The notes: generated from the sequence alone by a model not told the origin. A stretch of DNA of 64,000 nt from a bacterium (GCA_963675755.2 CAXXMD010000003.1:224001-288000); one strand, 5' to 3'; counted from the stretch's first letter, positions 26,291 through 37,268 are shown. Made by a program: numbers and translations.

Positions 26291-28348
26291 TTATTTAACC
26301 ACTACAAATTTTCCAATTGCAGTTTCACCCGTTGGGCTGCCTTGAGGACCATCTAATTCTTCAACAACAAACAGATAGATACCGCTCACAATTCTCATTG
26401 AAGAGAAAGTGTCCTGACGGGTCCATTCTTCGTCACCTGTTCCTTCGTTATGATACAGAGTCTGTACCAGGTCACCTGTCATTGTGTAGATGTGGATATT
26501 ACAATAAGCAGGTGTATTGAGGAATTTAATTTGATCTTCTTCATATTTGTAGCGGGAAAGGGCATTAAAAGGATTCGGTACAACAACTACATTGTCTTTC
26601 CAGTTTGCATCCGGTGAACGTGTCGGTGCAACAGCTTCATCAACTCGATTATCTCCGGATTTCAACTGACCGGAACGGTTCAGCAGCATACTGCTTTCGG
26701 TTCCATCAGTGGTATACGCGGTTACATAATACCAATAGTTTTGTCCGCGGATTACATCCGTATCAACATAACTATGAGTTGACGCATTAACATCTGCAAG
26801 CAGTACAAATGTTGTATCAGTTGGTATAGCCAATTCCGCTGGGCGGTAATAGTTACGATAGATCTTGTATCCGGCAAGACCCGGGAACCCATCAGCTTCT
26901 GTGCCCCAATCAATTTCAATTTGATCAGGAACTGAAGTTAATGTTAATGAAGGAGATGGTGGTGTAGCAGGAACCATCAACTCACCAGTACCCCTGAATA
27001 CGTCGCTGTTTTCCCAGATTCTTTTCAACATTCCGGCCTTTTTAAAAACAGAATCTTTACCGGTATCAATGATCATGTCTTTTTGTACCTGGCTCAGAAA
27101 ACTTCCTTGAACTCCAAGATCCATTACATCATAAGGCATTTCAACATTAAGCTGACTAGAGTATCCGGCTTTATAAGCACGACCGGCATCAATAGCCAGA
27201 CGGTGGTTAATAGAGCCACCAATGTAAGCAACTACAATACGCACATCTTCACCTGGAGCCATCTGGTAAGGACCAAAATGGAATGAACCGGGTTTTGCCT
27301 GTTCTTCAACAGGATTACTAACATGTGCTACCCAACTGCCGATCAAGCTGCGATACATACCGCTTTCATCAGTCTGCAGACTGGGGTTAGCTGTATTCCA
27401 GGGGCCAGACATGAATTCATAAATCTCGTCATGGGTTGCTTCACTCAATGAAGGAAGTAACTCACGCTGTGACCAACCCGCTTTATGCGGTTGTGCAGGA
27501 TCATCAGTATCATCGGTAGTGCTTTTATCCGCATGAAGTACCTGCATACCCATATATTGTGGTTTTTCAAAGTTACCCCAGATCAGATCAGGGTTGGCTT
27601 TGTCATCTTCAGGAATTTCAGGTTCGTCTGCTTCCCACATGTAGTAGAGACGCAGTGAATCTTGACCACTTGCATAACCAGCGCCATAGTAATCTGACCA
27701 CAAGTTACCGGGATAGTGATCACCTGTCATCATTTCAGTAACGATACTGAAATAAACATCAGTTTTAGCTTCGTTAGATGCGTTTTCAAAAACCCATTCA
27801 TAAACAACAAAGTCATCATATTCTTGATTGGCACACGCGTAAACCCAACGTTCTACATCAATACCGGTCCAGGTATTCCACTTGCCATAGACCATACCGT
27901 CTGCAGGAATTGATTCGTCAACAGGGTCGGTTTTGTACTGTGCATCAGTCCAGTCACGGCCATCAATCATTCTGATAGGTGGCGCATATTTAAAAACACG
28001 TTTAAAAGCACCGCTTACGGGCACAATTACGTTTTCAATTTCAGTAAATTTGCTTTGTATACCCTGGGCAATTTTATGTTCCCAAGGTACACCATTACCA
28101 TCTGTCCAACTCATTTTAACGCCAACATTGATACCGTTAACAGATGATACTTCTCTGGCATCACTATCAAGATTATTATTCCAGGTTTGGGGGTATTGCA
28201 TTGACATTGCACTGATCGTCTCCCCCGGTGTCACCTGGATATCACCGAATCTCAACTGTCTGGTAGACGACTGACCCAATAGTGTTGAATTTATGAGCAA
28301 CAGCAGAACAAGAACAAATAATCCGCCGTACTTGAAAAGTTTTTTCAT
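26291..28348 (-). CDS. Secreted protein with FN3-like domain and T9SS-type C-terminal domain
   Basis: Signal peptide; GYKIYR...YVDTDV...YWYYVTAY; VVVVPNPF...IKFLNTP..CNIHIYTMTGDLVQTL...VSGIYLFVVE...GKFVVVK. Confidence 0.85.
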   Translation of the reverse strand: MKKLFKYGGLFVLVLLLLINSTLLGQSSTRQLRFGDIQVTPGETISAMSMQYPQTWNNNLDSDAREVSSVNGINVGVKMSWTDGNGVPWEHKIAQGIQSKFTEIENVIVPVSGAFKRVFKYAPPIRMIDGRDWTDAQYKTDPVDESIPADGMVYGKWNTWTGIDVERWVYACANQEYDDFVVYEWVFENASNEAKTDVYFSIVTEMMTGDHYPGNLWSDYYGAGYASGQDSLRLYYMWEADEPEIPEDDKANPDLIWGNFEKPQYMGMQVLHADKSTTDDTDDPAQPHKAGWSQRELLPSLSEATHDEIYEFMSGPWNTANPSLQTDESGMYRSLIGSWVAHVSNPVEEQAKPGSFHFGPYQMAPGEDVRIVVAYIGGSINHRLAIDAGRAYKAGYSSQLNVEMPYDVMDLGVQGSFLSQVQKDMIIDTGKDSVFKKAGMLKRIWENSDVFRGTGELMVPATPPSPSLTLTSVPDQIEIDWGTEADGFPGLAGYKIYRNYYRPAELAIPTDTTFVLLADVNASTHSYVDTDVIRGQNYWYYVTAYTTDGTESSMLLNRSGQLKSGDNRVDEAVAPTRSPDANWKDNVVVVPNPFNALSRYKYEEDQIKFLNTPAYCNIHIYTMTGDLVQTLYHNEGTGDEEWTRQDTFSSMRIVSGIYLFVVEELDGPQGSPTGETAIGKFVVVK

Positions 28349-28412
28349 ATTTATTTCCTCCTAAACAGAGTCCACAAGTTTGATTCCGTTGAAATAACTT
28401 GTATTAATGATA

Positions 28413-31400
28413 TCAATAGAAATTAATTTTGATACCGAAAAAGATATCACGTTTTTCCAGGAATGTCCATGGAGTAAACGACGGCATTACGATATAATCT
28501 TTACCGTTGCTGTCTGTTGGGTAATCTCCGGGACGATCTCCACCTTCAATGTCCAATGAATTCATATATGCTCTGAATTCACCGTTCCACCATTTGTGAT
28601 CGTTCCATGCCCAGTTTCCATTAACACCTGTGAGAACTCTGTTATCACCATAAGAATAATCATCTGGATAAGTCATATTCTTGTTATTAAATACGTTAAA
28701 AACGTCTACGTAAAATACGGTTTCCATGCCCCATTTATGGAACAGACGTTTGGTGAAACGCATATCTGTTCTTTGGTAGGGACGCCAGCGGATATTATCT
28801 TCTACGTATGGAATACCTTTGGGATTCCAGGTGAATACTTCACCTGCACGCCAATAGTACAAGAAATTCAGGTTCATGTCAGCAAAAACCGGGTAACCTG
28901 CAAGTCTGTAACCAAAATCTGCTGGTGTATGAAAATCTACATTAACTTTCCAAACCGGACGAGCAACCGGTTGGGTAATATCTGTGTTCCACAATGTGTT
29001 ACCACTGTTGGGATCTTCACGGTAATACTGAGTACCGTAACGACCGCGACTTGAGATCATGTATTCATAACTGGTAAAACCAGTTACAAATGTACCACGA
29101 CGCAGCTCGGCCATCAATTCAACACCGCGAATATCGCGATACTGGTTGTTTTCCGGGAAACGTACATCCGAACCTTCCATAGGATAGTAACGGATTTCGT
29201 TATATTCATCAGACACATCTTTGTAATAACCGGTAGCGGTCAACTGGAACATGTCCATTAAATTATGAGCATAACCCACTTCGTACATGATGGTTTTGGG
29301 AGGTACTAAACTGGGGTTACCCAGATTTGAAATTCTCCAGCCATCTGTTGTACGTTGGCGATAATAGTACAAATCATACGCACTGGGCCATTTGTAAAAG
29401 TGGCCATAGTTGAAAAAGATTTTTGCGTCGTTTGAAATAGGATGAGAAATACCAACACGCGGGCTAATACGCGCCTGAGTAATGCCTTCCCAATTCAACA
29501 TATCCAGACTGTCAGACTTGCCTGCCTGCAGAAATCTGGAATAGGGAGATGCATCAGGATCATCTACATCTGTATTATTGATCATATCACCGCGTTTTTG
29601 AACGTCTAAACGCAAACCCAGGTTAGCAATCATACCCTGGAATTCAAGTTTATCTTGAACAAACAAAGCGCCTGACCATGGTTTTGCTTTGGCAAAGTAC
29701 CAGCTACCACCATTTACGGAGGGATCGATTTCGCCATATTCACCATGAATTTTATCATGCTGCAATTCAATACCGGCTTTGATCTGGTTAAAACGGTTAA
29801 CCTGACTGGTAATAGCAGCTTTTAATACATATTTACGGAAAATAGAATTGTTTTCACGCAAGTTACAAGATTCCATACGGTATTCACCGGTTACATCACG
29901 CCAGTTCACAGGACCATAGCCCCATGGACCTTCATCATACCAGTATTTACCAATCTTGACACGTGCGTAATTCTGCCAGTTTTCCCAATCATAATCACCA
30001 TTGTCAATATGTTCCTGGATTTCATCAGCAGTACCTAAACGGCCATACTGTAAATGGGTTGCACCCCATTCATTACCCTGGATTTTAACTGTGTTACGAT
30101 GATACATATCGTGACCTTCTTCAGTCAGCAAGTGGCTGAATGTAACTTCATAAAATGTTGAAGGAGACAATACATGGGTGAACTGGAAGCCCATTGAAAC
30201 ACGTTCCTGAACAGCGGTAACGTTACAGTAGGGATACCACATTTTGTTAGCGCTAGACATACTATTGGGAACATCGCTTTCAAAACCAGAGCTGTTGCTT
30301 GAGAAGGGGTTATTGGTAATTTCAATACCAATACCACCACCCTGGCCACCACTGGTACCTGATTGCTTACCATATAAAAAGTTGAGATTCAACTTCATGG
30401 ATTCACTCAGGTTTGTGGTCAGCTTGAGGTTAGTTAAGCGATCACGATAATAGTCTTGTGGATAAGTACGTGCGTAATAGGTTTTTTCTTCTCTATGTGA
30501 AACAAAGAATTTCATGTCATTATAGAATGGAATAGGTCCGCCAAATGTAAAGGAACCGACAAAATCACCTTCATCACCATATTCGTATACGTCATCTTCA
30601 TCGGGATCAATACCGGTAACATCGGCATTTACTTTACCTTGTTCTGCAAGGCTTAACAACAATTCCAAATTATCTTTAGATCTGTGGCGCCACAAGTACA
30701 GTGCCAAATTTTCATAAGGTTCACCATAGTGAGGATCACCAGGCTGCAGGGTACCATTGGTTCCCAAAACCCATTTGGAAGAGTCCCACCAGTTAGACAG
30801 TTCACTACCGTTTGCGTCAACGGGAATACCATTTGCGCTCACTTCAACACCTGAATATTTGAACCAACCGGGGAAAAACTGACTTGCTGTACCAACTTCA
30901 CCCATACCACCTTCACGGTAATATCCGGTCCACGCACCGTCTTTGGCATAAAGAAAAGGGCGAACCAGGGGAGAATCTTTACCATAGATCATGGGGCCAA
31001 AATGTTTTACGGCAGCTGGGCTGTATTTAAAATCAATACTTCCGGTATAACGATCGCCACCTTCTTTGGTAACAACATTGATCAAGCCTGAACGAACATT
31101 ACCATATTCAGCATTGAAACCACCGGTGATAACCTGAATTTCCTGCACTGCGTCCATGTTAATTTTCATGTATGGACGGTTACGGATTTCATCTGTCATT
31201 GCCATACCATCGGTGATCATTGCACCATTGGTATAATCCTGACCGCGGAAACGCGGGTGAGATGCGTTAGCACCAAAACCGGAAATACCAACCTGCGCAT
31301 GCATAACATTTGCAAGGTCTTTGTATGCAGCATTTTCAAGTTGTTCGGGGGAAATAATTTGTTGGGTGCTGGAAACATCGAGGGGAACAATTGCGCGTTC

Positions 31401-31766
31401 GGCAACTACTGTAACTTCCTGAGAAGCTTCCAGAACTTTTTCTTCGAGTTTAAAATCTGCGACCGTTGTGCGGTCAACGTTTACACCTACTCCTGTAAGT
31501 TTAAGAGGTGTGTAACCGATCATTGTAGCGGTTAATGCATATTGTCCGGGACGAACATTGATGATAAAATAATAACCATCAAGATCTGTTGCAGCACCCA
31601 TCTGGGTACCTTCAATCACAACATTAACGCCAGGGAGTGGCTCCCCTGTTTTTGCGTCTGTTACTCTACCTGATATTTTACCGGTTGTTGCCGAAAAACC
31701 CGTACCGGCAATTAACAGGCCTAGTATAAATACACAGGCGAGTTTAAATATTACACTTCTCTGCAT
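28413..31766 (-). CDS. TonB-dependent receptor with CarboxypepD_reg-like N-terminal domain
   Basis: TTGKISGRVTDAKTGEPLPGVNV, ITGGFNAEYGNVRSGLINVVTKEG, SPRVGISHPIS, FNYGHFY; AAAGGAGG RBS. Confidence 0.93.
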   Translation of the reverse strand: MQRSVIFKLACVFILGLLIAGTGFSATTGKISGRVTDAKTGEPLPGVNVVIEGTQMGAATDLDGYYFIINVRPGQYALTATMIGYTPLKLTGVGVNVDRTTVADFKLEEKVLEASQEVTVVAERAIVPLDVSSTQQIISPEQLENAAYKDLANVMHAQVGISGFGANASHPRFRGQDYTNGAMITDGMAMTDEIRNRPYMKINMDAVQEIQVITGGFNAEYGNVRSGLINVVTKEGGDRYTGSIDFKYSPAAVKHFGPMIYGKDSPLVRPFLYAKDGAWTGYYREGGMGEVGTASQFFPGWFKYSGVEVSANGIPVDANGSELSNWWDSSKWVLGTNGTLQPGDPHYGEPYENLALYLWRHRSKDNLELLLSLAEQGKVNADVTGIDPDEDDVYEYGDEGDFVGSFTFGGPIPFYNDMKFFVSHREEKTYYARTYPQDYYRDRLTNLKLTTNLSESMKLNLNFLYGKQSGTSGGQGGGIGIEITNNPFSSNSSGFESDVPNSMSSANKMWYPYCNVTAVQERVSMGFQFTHVLSPSTFYEVTFSHLLTEEGHDMYHRNTVKIQGNEWGATHLQYGRLGTADEIQEHIDNGDYDWENWQNYARVKIGKYWYDEGPWGYGPVNWRDVTGEYRMESCNLRENNSIFRKYVLKAAITSQVNRFNQIKAGIELQHDKIHGEYGEIDPSVNGGSWYFAKAKPWSGALFVQDKLEFQGMIANLGLRLDVQKRGDMINNTDVDDPDASPYSRFLQAGKSDSLDMLNWEGITQARISPRVGISHPISNDAKIFFNYGHFYKWPSAYDLYYYRQRTTDGWRISNLGNPSLVPPKTIMYEVGYAHNLMDMFQLTATGYYKDVSDEYNEIRYYPMEGSDVRFPENNQYRDIRGVELMAELRRGTFVTGFTSYEYMISSRGRYGTQYYREDPNSGNTLWNTDITQPVARPVWKVNVDFHTPADFGYRLAGYPVFADMNLNFLYYWRAGEVFTWNPKGIPYVEDNIRWRPYQRTDMRFTKRLFHKWGMETVFYVDVFNVFNNKNMTYPDDYSYGDNRVLTGVNGNWAWNDHKWWNGEFRAYMNSLDIEGGDRPGDYPTDSNGKDYIVMPSFTPWTFLEKRDIFFGIKINFY

Positions 31767-32458
31767 GGAATAACCTCCTTTACCCTAATTAATAGCAGAA
31801 GGAATTAATAAATCTACCCAATTAATATCACATTTACCAAAAGACTACCCTTCTTTTAGTAAATCACTTTGTACAATTTCTGCCAGCAACACCTCCTTTC
31901 AAGCACTTAAACTGTTAAATGTTAGTATATGAATTCCAATTGATTAATCTCAATTCATTCTTCTATTTTACAATAGTTTACAATTCAAAAATGAGTAAAA
32001 AAATATTTTCTAATGCATCATTAATTAATTCATCAGAAAATTTTGTATTAAATATTTTCGTAAAAGCTTGCGCTCTGTTGATTGTTTTGGGAAAGGTATG
32101 GAAGAAAATTCTTAACATTTGTCCTCGTGGTTTAACATAGCCGAATATTCAAAATACTGAGCCACGTAACAAGTTGATAATGTTAATAGTTAAATTATTT
32201 GAATATATACAATTGTATTATTCTATATCAAGTTAATATTGTTACTTTATCTAGCAACGCTTGAAATATATAAAAAAAATCTACAAATTTTTACATACAA
32301 ATTTTAACATACGCTAATATAAAACTTATCTAAATACGGTGCAATGTTTTTTTCGCTAATTCCATTTTTTTTGTAAAACAATGTAAACAACATTTGTTTA
32401 CAATAAGCTCATAAAAAACACCACACTAGACCCAATATTTCTCATTTTGATATATTTT

Positions 32459-34009
32459 TTATTTAAAAGCAGGATTATATTCACCTCTTTTTTTGAAACC
32501 TTTGAATTGTCTCATTCGACTAAAACGCGGATAGCTCTCAAAAATATCTCCATTTCCCGTTACACGGGGATCTCCCTGCTCTTTTAACAATTCGAACAAA
32601 CGGTTTTTTAACTCAGAGAGTGTATCTTTATATTCATCCAGCTCAGCCAAATTTTCTATACAATCAGGATCTTTTTCCAGGTCAAACAATTCACTTTCAG
32701 GTCGTTTGGCCATTGCCATTTCGAAATATTTTTTATATCCTTTTTTATCCTGATTGTCTATCAACAGTGTTTTGGAGGGGCATGCATCAATATCATGAAA
32801 ACCCTCAGGATCACCTGAACCAAAAGGATCACCCGCCGGCCAACGGTCTGGTTTAAAATTGTGGATATATAAATATTTTCCATTATTGATAGCCCGGCTG
32901 GGATACCCAAAATTCTCTGGACGGGCATGGGTGTGTCTTTCACGTCCGGTTAGCACATATTCCCTTTCCGCATCTATTGCTCCGGATTTTTCAGAGTACA
33001 ATAATGGCACAAGACTCTTGCCAATCATATCCGGATGAGGCTGTACACCCGCCACTTCAAGAAATGTAGGCGCATAATCAATAAAACTCACCAAATCTGT
33101 TATTTTGCGATTCCCTTTGATCTTTTTGGGCCAGCGCATAGCCAGAGGTAAATGGGTACCATGATCATACAAGTTGGCTTTGGCTCTTGGAAATGGCATT
33201 CCATTGTCAGCGGTTACTACAACCAGAGTGTTTTCCAGTTCGCCATTCTTTTCCAGCAATTCCAGGATGCGAGCCAAATGCATGTCAAACCACTCTATCT
33301 CTACTGCAAAATCGAGCATGTCGCTGCGAATTTCAAGTACATCCGGTAAATATTTGGGAACATCAACATCATCAGGATTTTTCCCCTTTTGTATGCCTGC
33401 ACCTTTTAAATAAGAACGATGCGGCTCATGCGCGCCAAACCAAAAGAAAAAGGGTTGGGTTTTATCACGATTCTCAAAAAAAGATTCAAAATTTGAAGCA
33501 TAGTCAGTATTGCTTATCCCCTTGGGTGCTTCCATCTGTTTTTCATTATATTCCGGCCCCACAGGATTACGAGTCCACCCTGCATCTTTCCAGTTACCCG
33601 GTGCCCACGGTTTACCGGTGTAACCCAACTGGTATCCCGATTCTTCAAGCATGTCTGTAAAAACCGTAAACTTTTTTGGAAACAAGCTGGCGTGTGTACC
33701 GGCTTCTTCAAGCTGCCAGATATTTCGACTGGTAAGAATTGACGCGCGTGAGGGACTGCATTGAGGAGCTACAGCGTACGCTCGTTCAAAAAGTACACCT
33801 TCTTTGGCTACACGGTCAAATGCAGGAGTGTTTACATACTTGCACCCTGAAATCCCTGTATACTTCCAGGTCTGATCATCTGATATTGCAAACAAAATAT
33901 TGGGAGGCGATGCTTTTGGTTTTGTGCAACTGTTCAAAGAAAGAATAGAAAACCCCGCTAAACTTGTCCCCATTCGTTTAAAAAACTCTCGTCTTTGCAT
34001 TGTTTGCAT
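32459..34009 (-). CDS. Tat-exported sulfatase (formylglycine-dependent, S1; sulfamidase-like)
   Basis: QRREFFK twin-arginine signal, PNILFAISDD, CSPSRASILT, EPHR, ADNGMPFPRAK, RERHTHAR. Start at ATG 34009 behind GGAGG. Confidence 0.93.
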   Translation of the reverse strand: MQTMQRREFFKRMGTSLAGFSILSLNSCTKPKASPPNILFAISDDQTWKYTGISGCKYVNTPAFDRVAKEGVLFERAYAVAPQCSPSRASILTSRNIWQLEEAGTHASLFPKKFTVFTDMLEESGYQLGYTGKPWAPGNWKDAGWTRNPVGPEYNEKQMEAPKGISNTDYASNFESFFENRDKTQPFFFWFGAHEPHRSYLKGAGIQKGKNPDDVDVPKYLPDVLEIRSDMLDFAVEIEWFDMHLARILELLEKNGELENTLVVVTADNGMPFPRAKANLYDHGTHLPLAMRWPKKIKGNRKITDLVSFIDYAPTFLEVAGVQPHPDMIGKSLVPLLYSEKSGAIDAEREYVLTGRERHTHARPENFGYPSRAINNGKYLYIHNFKPDRWPAGDPFGSGDPEGFHDIDACPSKTLLIDNQDKKGYKKYFEMAMAKRPESELFDLEKDPDCIENLAELDEYKDTLSELKNRLFELLKEQGDPRVTGNGDIFESYPRFSRMRQFKGFKKRGEYNPAFK

Positions 34010-34026
34010 ATCAGACACCTCCGGAT

Positions 34027-34602
34027 TTATTCTAATAAATTTGCCTTTTTGTATTTTTTTATTGAAGCTTGAGTGCCTTTATCCAGAATATAGGTCAAAG
34101 CCTGAGAAGATTTTTCAATAACAAGTGGAAGATCTTTTTTCTCATCAGGTTTAAATCCACCCAATACATACGCGGAAACATCTTCACCTTCTGCGGGACG
34201 AGACACGCCAATTCTGAATCGATAAAAATCACGGGTTCCCAGTCTTTGTGCTATGGATTTCAATCCATTGTGTCCGCCAAGCCCGCCGCCTTTTTTAACA
34301 TCCAGGTAGCCAAAGTCAAGTTCAATATCATCATAAACCACAAGCAACTCTTCCGGTTTTATTTTGAAAAAATGCAAAAGCTCTTGAACGGAATCACCGC
34401 TTTTGTTCATATAGGTTAACGGTTTCAGGAAATAAACCCGTTCTCCGTTAAACACCTGCACCGCGTACACACCTTTGAACTTTTTTACCCAGCTAAGCTG
34501 TTGTAAAAACTGACAGCATTCCGATATCATCCAACCCATATTATGGCGGGTACCGGAATATTTTTCACCGGGATTTCCTAAAAACGTTACAAATCTGAAC
34601 AT
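34027..34602 (-). CDS. pth: Peptidyl-tRNA hydrolase
   Basis: LGNPGEKYSGTRHNMG, KPLTYMNKSG, GGHNGLKSI. Confidence 0.96.
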   Translation of the reverse strand: MFRFVTFLGNPGEKYSGTRHNMGWMISECCQFLQQLSWVKKFKGVYAVQVFNGERVYFLKPLTYMNKSGDSVQELLHFFKIKPEELLVVYDDIELDFGYLDVKKGGGLGGHNGLKSIAQRLGTRDFYRFRIGVSRPAEGEDVSAYVLGGFKPDEKKDLPLVIEKSSQALTYILDKGTQASIKKYKKANLLE

Positions 34603-34636
34603 AAATAGTCTTTCATTTTAGTTTAATATATTTACA

Positions 34637-35353
34637 TCAAAAAGCAAAAGAAAAATGAACCATTAAAGGTTGAGATGATTCAGGCGCTTTGCATTCCACA
34701 AGCTCGGAAAATCCTTTGCCAATCAATGTGCCCAAAACGGCCCCGGCTACCACATCCGAAAACCAGTGCCAGTTTGAATGGATTCGCTGCAAGCCTGTTA
34801 CTGTTGCCATGGTATATGCAGGCACTCCAACATCCGCTCCATACAGTTCATACAAAACTGAAGCTACAACAAACGAGCTTGATGTATGCCCCGATGGAAA
34901 CGAATACTTGTTCTGCTTACCCGGTCGCTCACGTTTAACCAGAGATTTTACCGCAAAGGTAAATACACCATTTACGATAAATGCTTCATTGTAAACCTGA
35001 AGATAATCTTTAAACTCTTCCTTGGGGCGGTTACTGCTCCAATACTCTGCTGCAATAAAAGCATTTCCAACGATCCAATTCCATCCATTTCCATACATAT
35101 CAGCAACATGCGATACAGGTCCGGGCATCAACCTGCCCTGAAAGCTGTTTTTCACAGTATGATCAAAATATGCCGCTCCGGCTATTCCGCCGGCAGCCAG
35201 CAAATAATATGGATCATTAAAGCTGTTATGTACTCCATCCCCTAAACGATGAATATAATCTTCGGTCCTGCTTGCAAATGACGCAGAGGTGCATTGCGTG
35301 GTAATTAATAATAATAGAAAATATACAGAATATCTGCATAATGAGCAATTCAT
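34637..35353 (-). CDS. PAP2-family phosphatase
   Basis: KSLVKRERP, SFPSGH, RIHSNWHWFSDV. Confidence 0.9.
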   Translation of the reverse strand: MNCSLCRYSVYFLLLLITTQCTSASFASRTEDYIHRLGDGVHNSFNDPYYLLAAGGIAGAAYFDHTVKNSFQGRLMPGPVSHVADMYGNGWNWIVGNAFIAAEYWSSNRPKEEFKDYLQVYNEAFIVNGVFTFAVKSLVKRERPGKQNKYSFPSGHTSSSFVVASVLYELYGADVGVPAYTMATVTGLQRIHSNWHWFSDVVAGAVLGTLIGKGFSELVECKAPESSQPLMVHFSFAF

Positions 35354-35356
35354 AAT

Positions 35357-36343
35357 TTATCCAAAAGGTTGAATTACAGTAATATCATTGAATATGGTTT
35401 GTATATCAGATAAATTTGAAGATTGAAACAACAATTTAACATTAGGGCCCGCGTCAATAGTTATATATACCGGTATTCCCTGCGCTCTCATTTGCCAAAC
35501 CTTGTGAAAGACAGCTACGGTTTCCGGCTGCCAATACAAGACCGGCGGCCAGGTATCGATCATGGTGGCATGCATAGCCAGCGCATTCGATTCGCTTGTC
35601 TTGCCCAGCAAATCAAAATCCTGTACTTTTAATGCAGTCAGAATCGCATCCAAATCATTTTCAACCCGCTTGGGCCAGTTTTCATAAAAAACAGAAGTAT
35701 CTACCGTTCGGTTCATGGCGTCACGGGAACTGACTGGCTTTTCAGATTCGGTTACATGCACAATGCCAATACAAAAGCCCGGCCAATCAAACGACAATCG
35801 CTTTGCAAAGCTGTCCATACCATTATCAAGCTCTCCTCTGTTCCACAAAACAAATCCCTGATAAATGGAACGACAAGCGCTGCCGCTTCCCATTCTGGCA
35901 AGGACCGATAACTGGTCTTTGCTCAATACGCCACCCAAAAGATCATTGATGGCCATAACCAGGGCCGCATATCCCGAAGCGGACGATGCAAGTCCCGCTG
36001 CCGTGGGGATATTGTTTTCTGTTTCTATTGTAAAAAATTGACCGCTGGGCCTAAACATGTCTAAAAACGCAATCAATCGTTTCACAAAAACAGATTCAGA
36101 ATTTAACGAGGCATGATTCAATAAAACACTGTCTGCTTTACGATTGAGAGAAATTACAGTGCGTGTACCCAAATCACCCAAAGATATAGACAGGCTCGAG
36201 GTTACAGGTAAATTCAACGATTTATCCCGCTTGCCCCAATATTTGCACAAGGCAATATTAGATGGAGCAAAAGCTGCACCTGTTTCTTTTACAGGTTCAA
36301 TAGTGCCCGGCAGGAATTGTTTGACAATATCGAATTTATTCAA
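35357..36343 (-). CDS. mvaD: Diphosphomevalonate decarboxylase
   Basis: SNIALCKYWGK, PTAAGLASSASG, ARMGSGSACRS, TIDAGPNVK. Confidence 0.95.
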   Translation of the reverse strand: MNKFDIVKQFLPGTIEPVKETGAAFAPSNIALCKYWGKRDKSLNLPVTSSLSISLGDLGTRTVISLNRKADSVLLNHASLNSESVFVKRLIAFLDMFRPSGQFFTIETENNIPTAAGLASSASGYAALVMAINDLLGGVLSKDQLSVLARMGSGSACRSIYQGFVLWNRGELDNGMDSFAKRLSFDWPGFCIGIVHVTESEKPVSSRDAMNRTVDTSVFYENWPKRVENDLDAILTALKVQDFDLLGKTSESNALAMHATMIDTWPPVLYWQPETVAVFHKVWQMRAQGIPVYITIDAGPNVKLLFQSSNLSDIQTIFNDITVIQPFG

Positions 36344-37268
36344 CGCGCAACCCTTCTCTACTTATTGACAGCGGCAACGTCTGATAGACGGGGAGAGTAC
36401 CTTTTCCTATAGAAACAATGCAGTCTCCCAGTCCTGATCCTGAAATCTTTGAGCCCCAAATGCCATCCTGCGCTCGTAGCGAGTAATTAATATCGGCAAG
36501 CAATTTATTGCTTACTCCAATGGCATCCATTAATCCCTGGTTCACATTCAGGATCTGTCCAAAGGATTTAAAATCATGTTTCTTCAAAACCTGCATTGCC
36601 TGTTCAACACTCGTATCCATAAGATCAAATATTTCATTATATAATTTCGGTTGAACATTATAACCCGTGTTCACAATTTCTATCACTTTAACTGTGGGTA
36701 ATTTGCTGCCCGAATAAACCACGGTAATAGGAAAAACCACGTCCAGAGGGTCTATCTCCAACGGTTCCATGCGATAACTCACAACACCACCAAAAACACT
36801 GGCAGCAAGGTCAGCTCCTGAACCTGTACCTTGAACCGCATGTATGACCTTTAAACCCTGGTCAAAGATTTGCCGTTTTATAATCTTTTTACCTGCGAGT
36901 TGACAAATGCCTCCCAGCATTGCGGCAGTTACCGCCGCGGAAGAACCCAGCCCAACCTGGTCTGAAAAATCTGTGGTTATCAAAAGATCAAACCCAAACT
37001 CCAACTCTTGCCCATAAAATCGTATTGCTTCCAGTATGAATCTAAATTTTGGATGATCACTCAACATTTCAAGGGTACTATTGTATTCTCCAAGATCTGA
37101 TTTGATATGAATTTCAGAATCATCACGTTTTGAAAAATCAAGATACATCCGCTGATCTACAGCGCAAACCAATGCCCGTCTTCCACGCAGAACGGCATGC
37201 TCTCCTAAAAGAAATAATTTACCAGGGGCAGATACCCTAAATGATTTTTGCACCTTTTTCCTCAACAC
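36336..37268 (-). CDS. GHMP kinase, probable phosphomevalonate kinase
   Basis: APGKLFLLGEHAVL, GLGSSAA, GSGADLAAS, KISGSGLGDC; lies between mvk and mvaD. Exact start uncertain. Confidence 0.85.
   Translation of the reverse strand: MLRKKVQKSFRVSAPGKLFLLGEHAVLRGRRALVCAVDQRMYLDFSKRDDSEIHIKSDLGEYNSTLEMLSDHPKFRFILEAIRFYGQELEFGFDLLITTDFSDQVGLGSSAAVTAAMLGGICQLAGKKIIKRQIFDQGLKVIHAVQGTGSGADLAASVFGGVVSYRMEPLEIDPLDVVFPITVVYSGSKLPTVKVIEIVNTGYNVQPKLYNEIFDLMDTSVEQAMQVLKKHDFKSFGQILNVNQGLMDAIGVSNKLLADINYSLRAQDGIWGSKISGSGLGDCIVSIGKGTLPVYQTLPLSISREGLRVE

Noticed and set aside
31919-32140. 73-aa ORF in the AT-rich intergenic region
   Set aside because: No RBS, composition typical of AT-rich non-coding DNA, and antisense to the surrounding operon direction.
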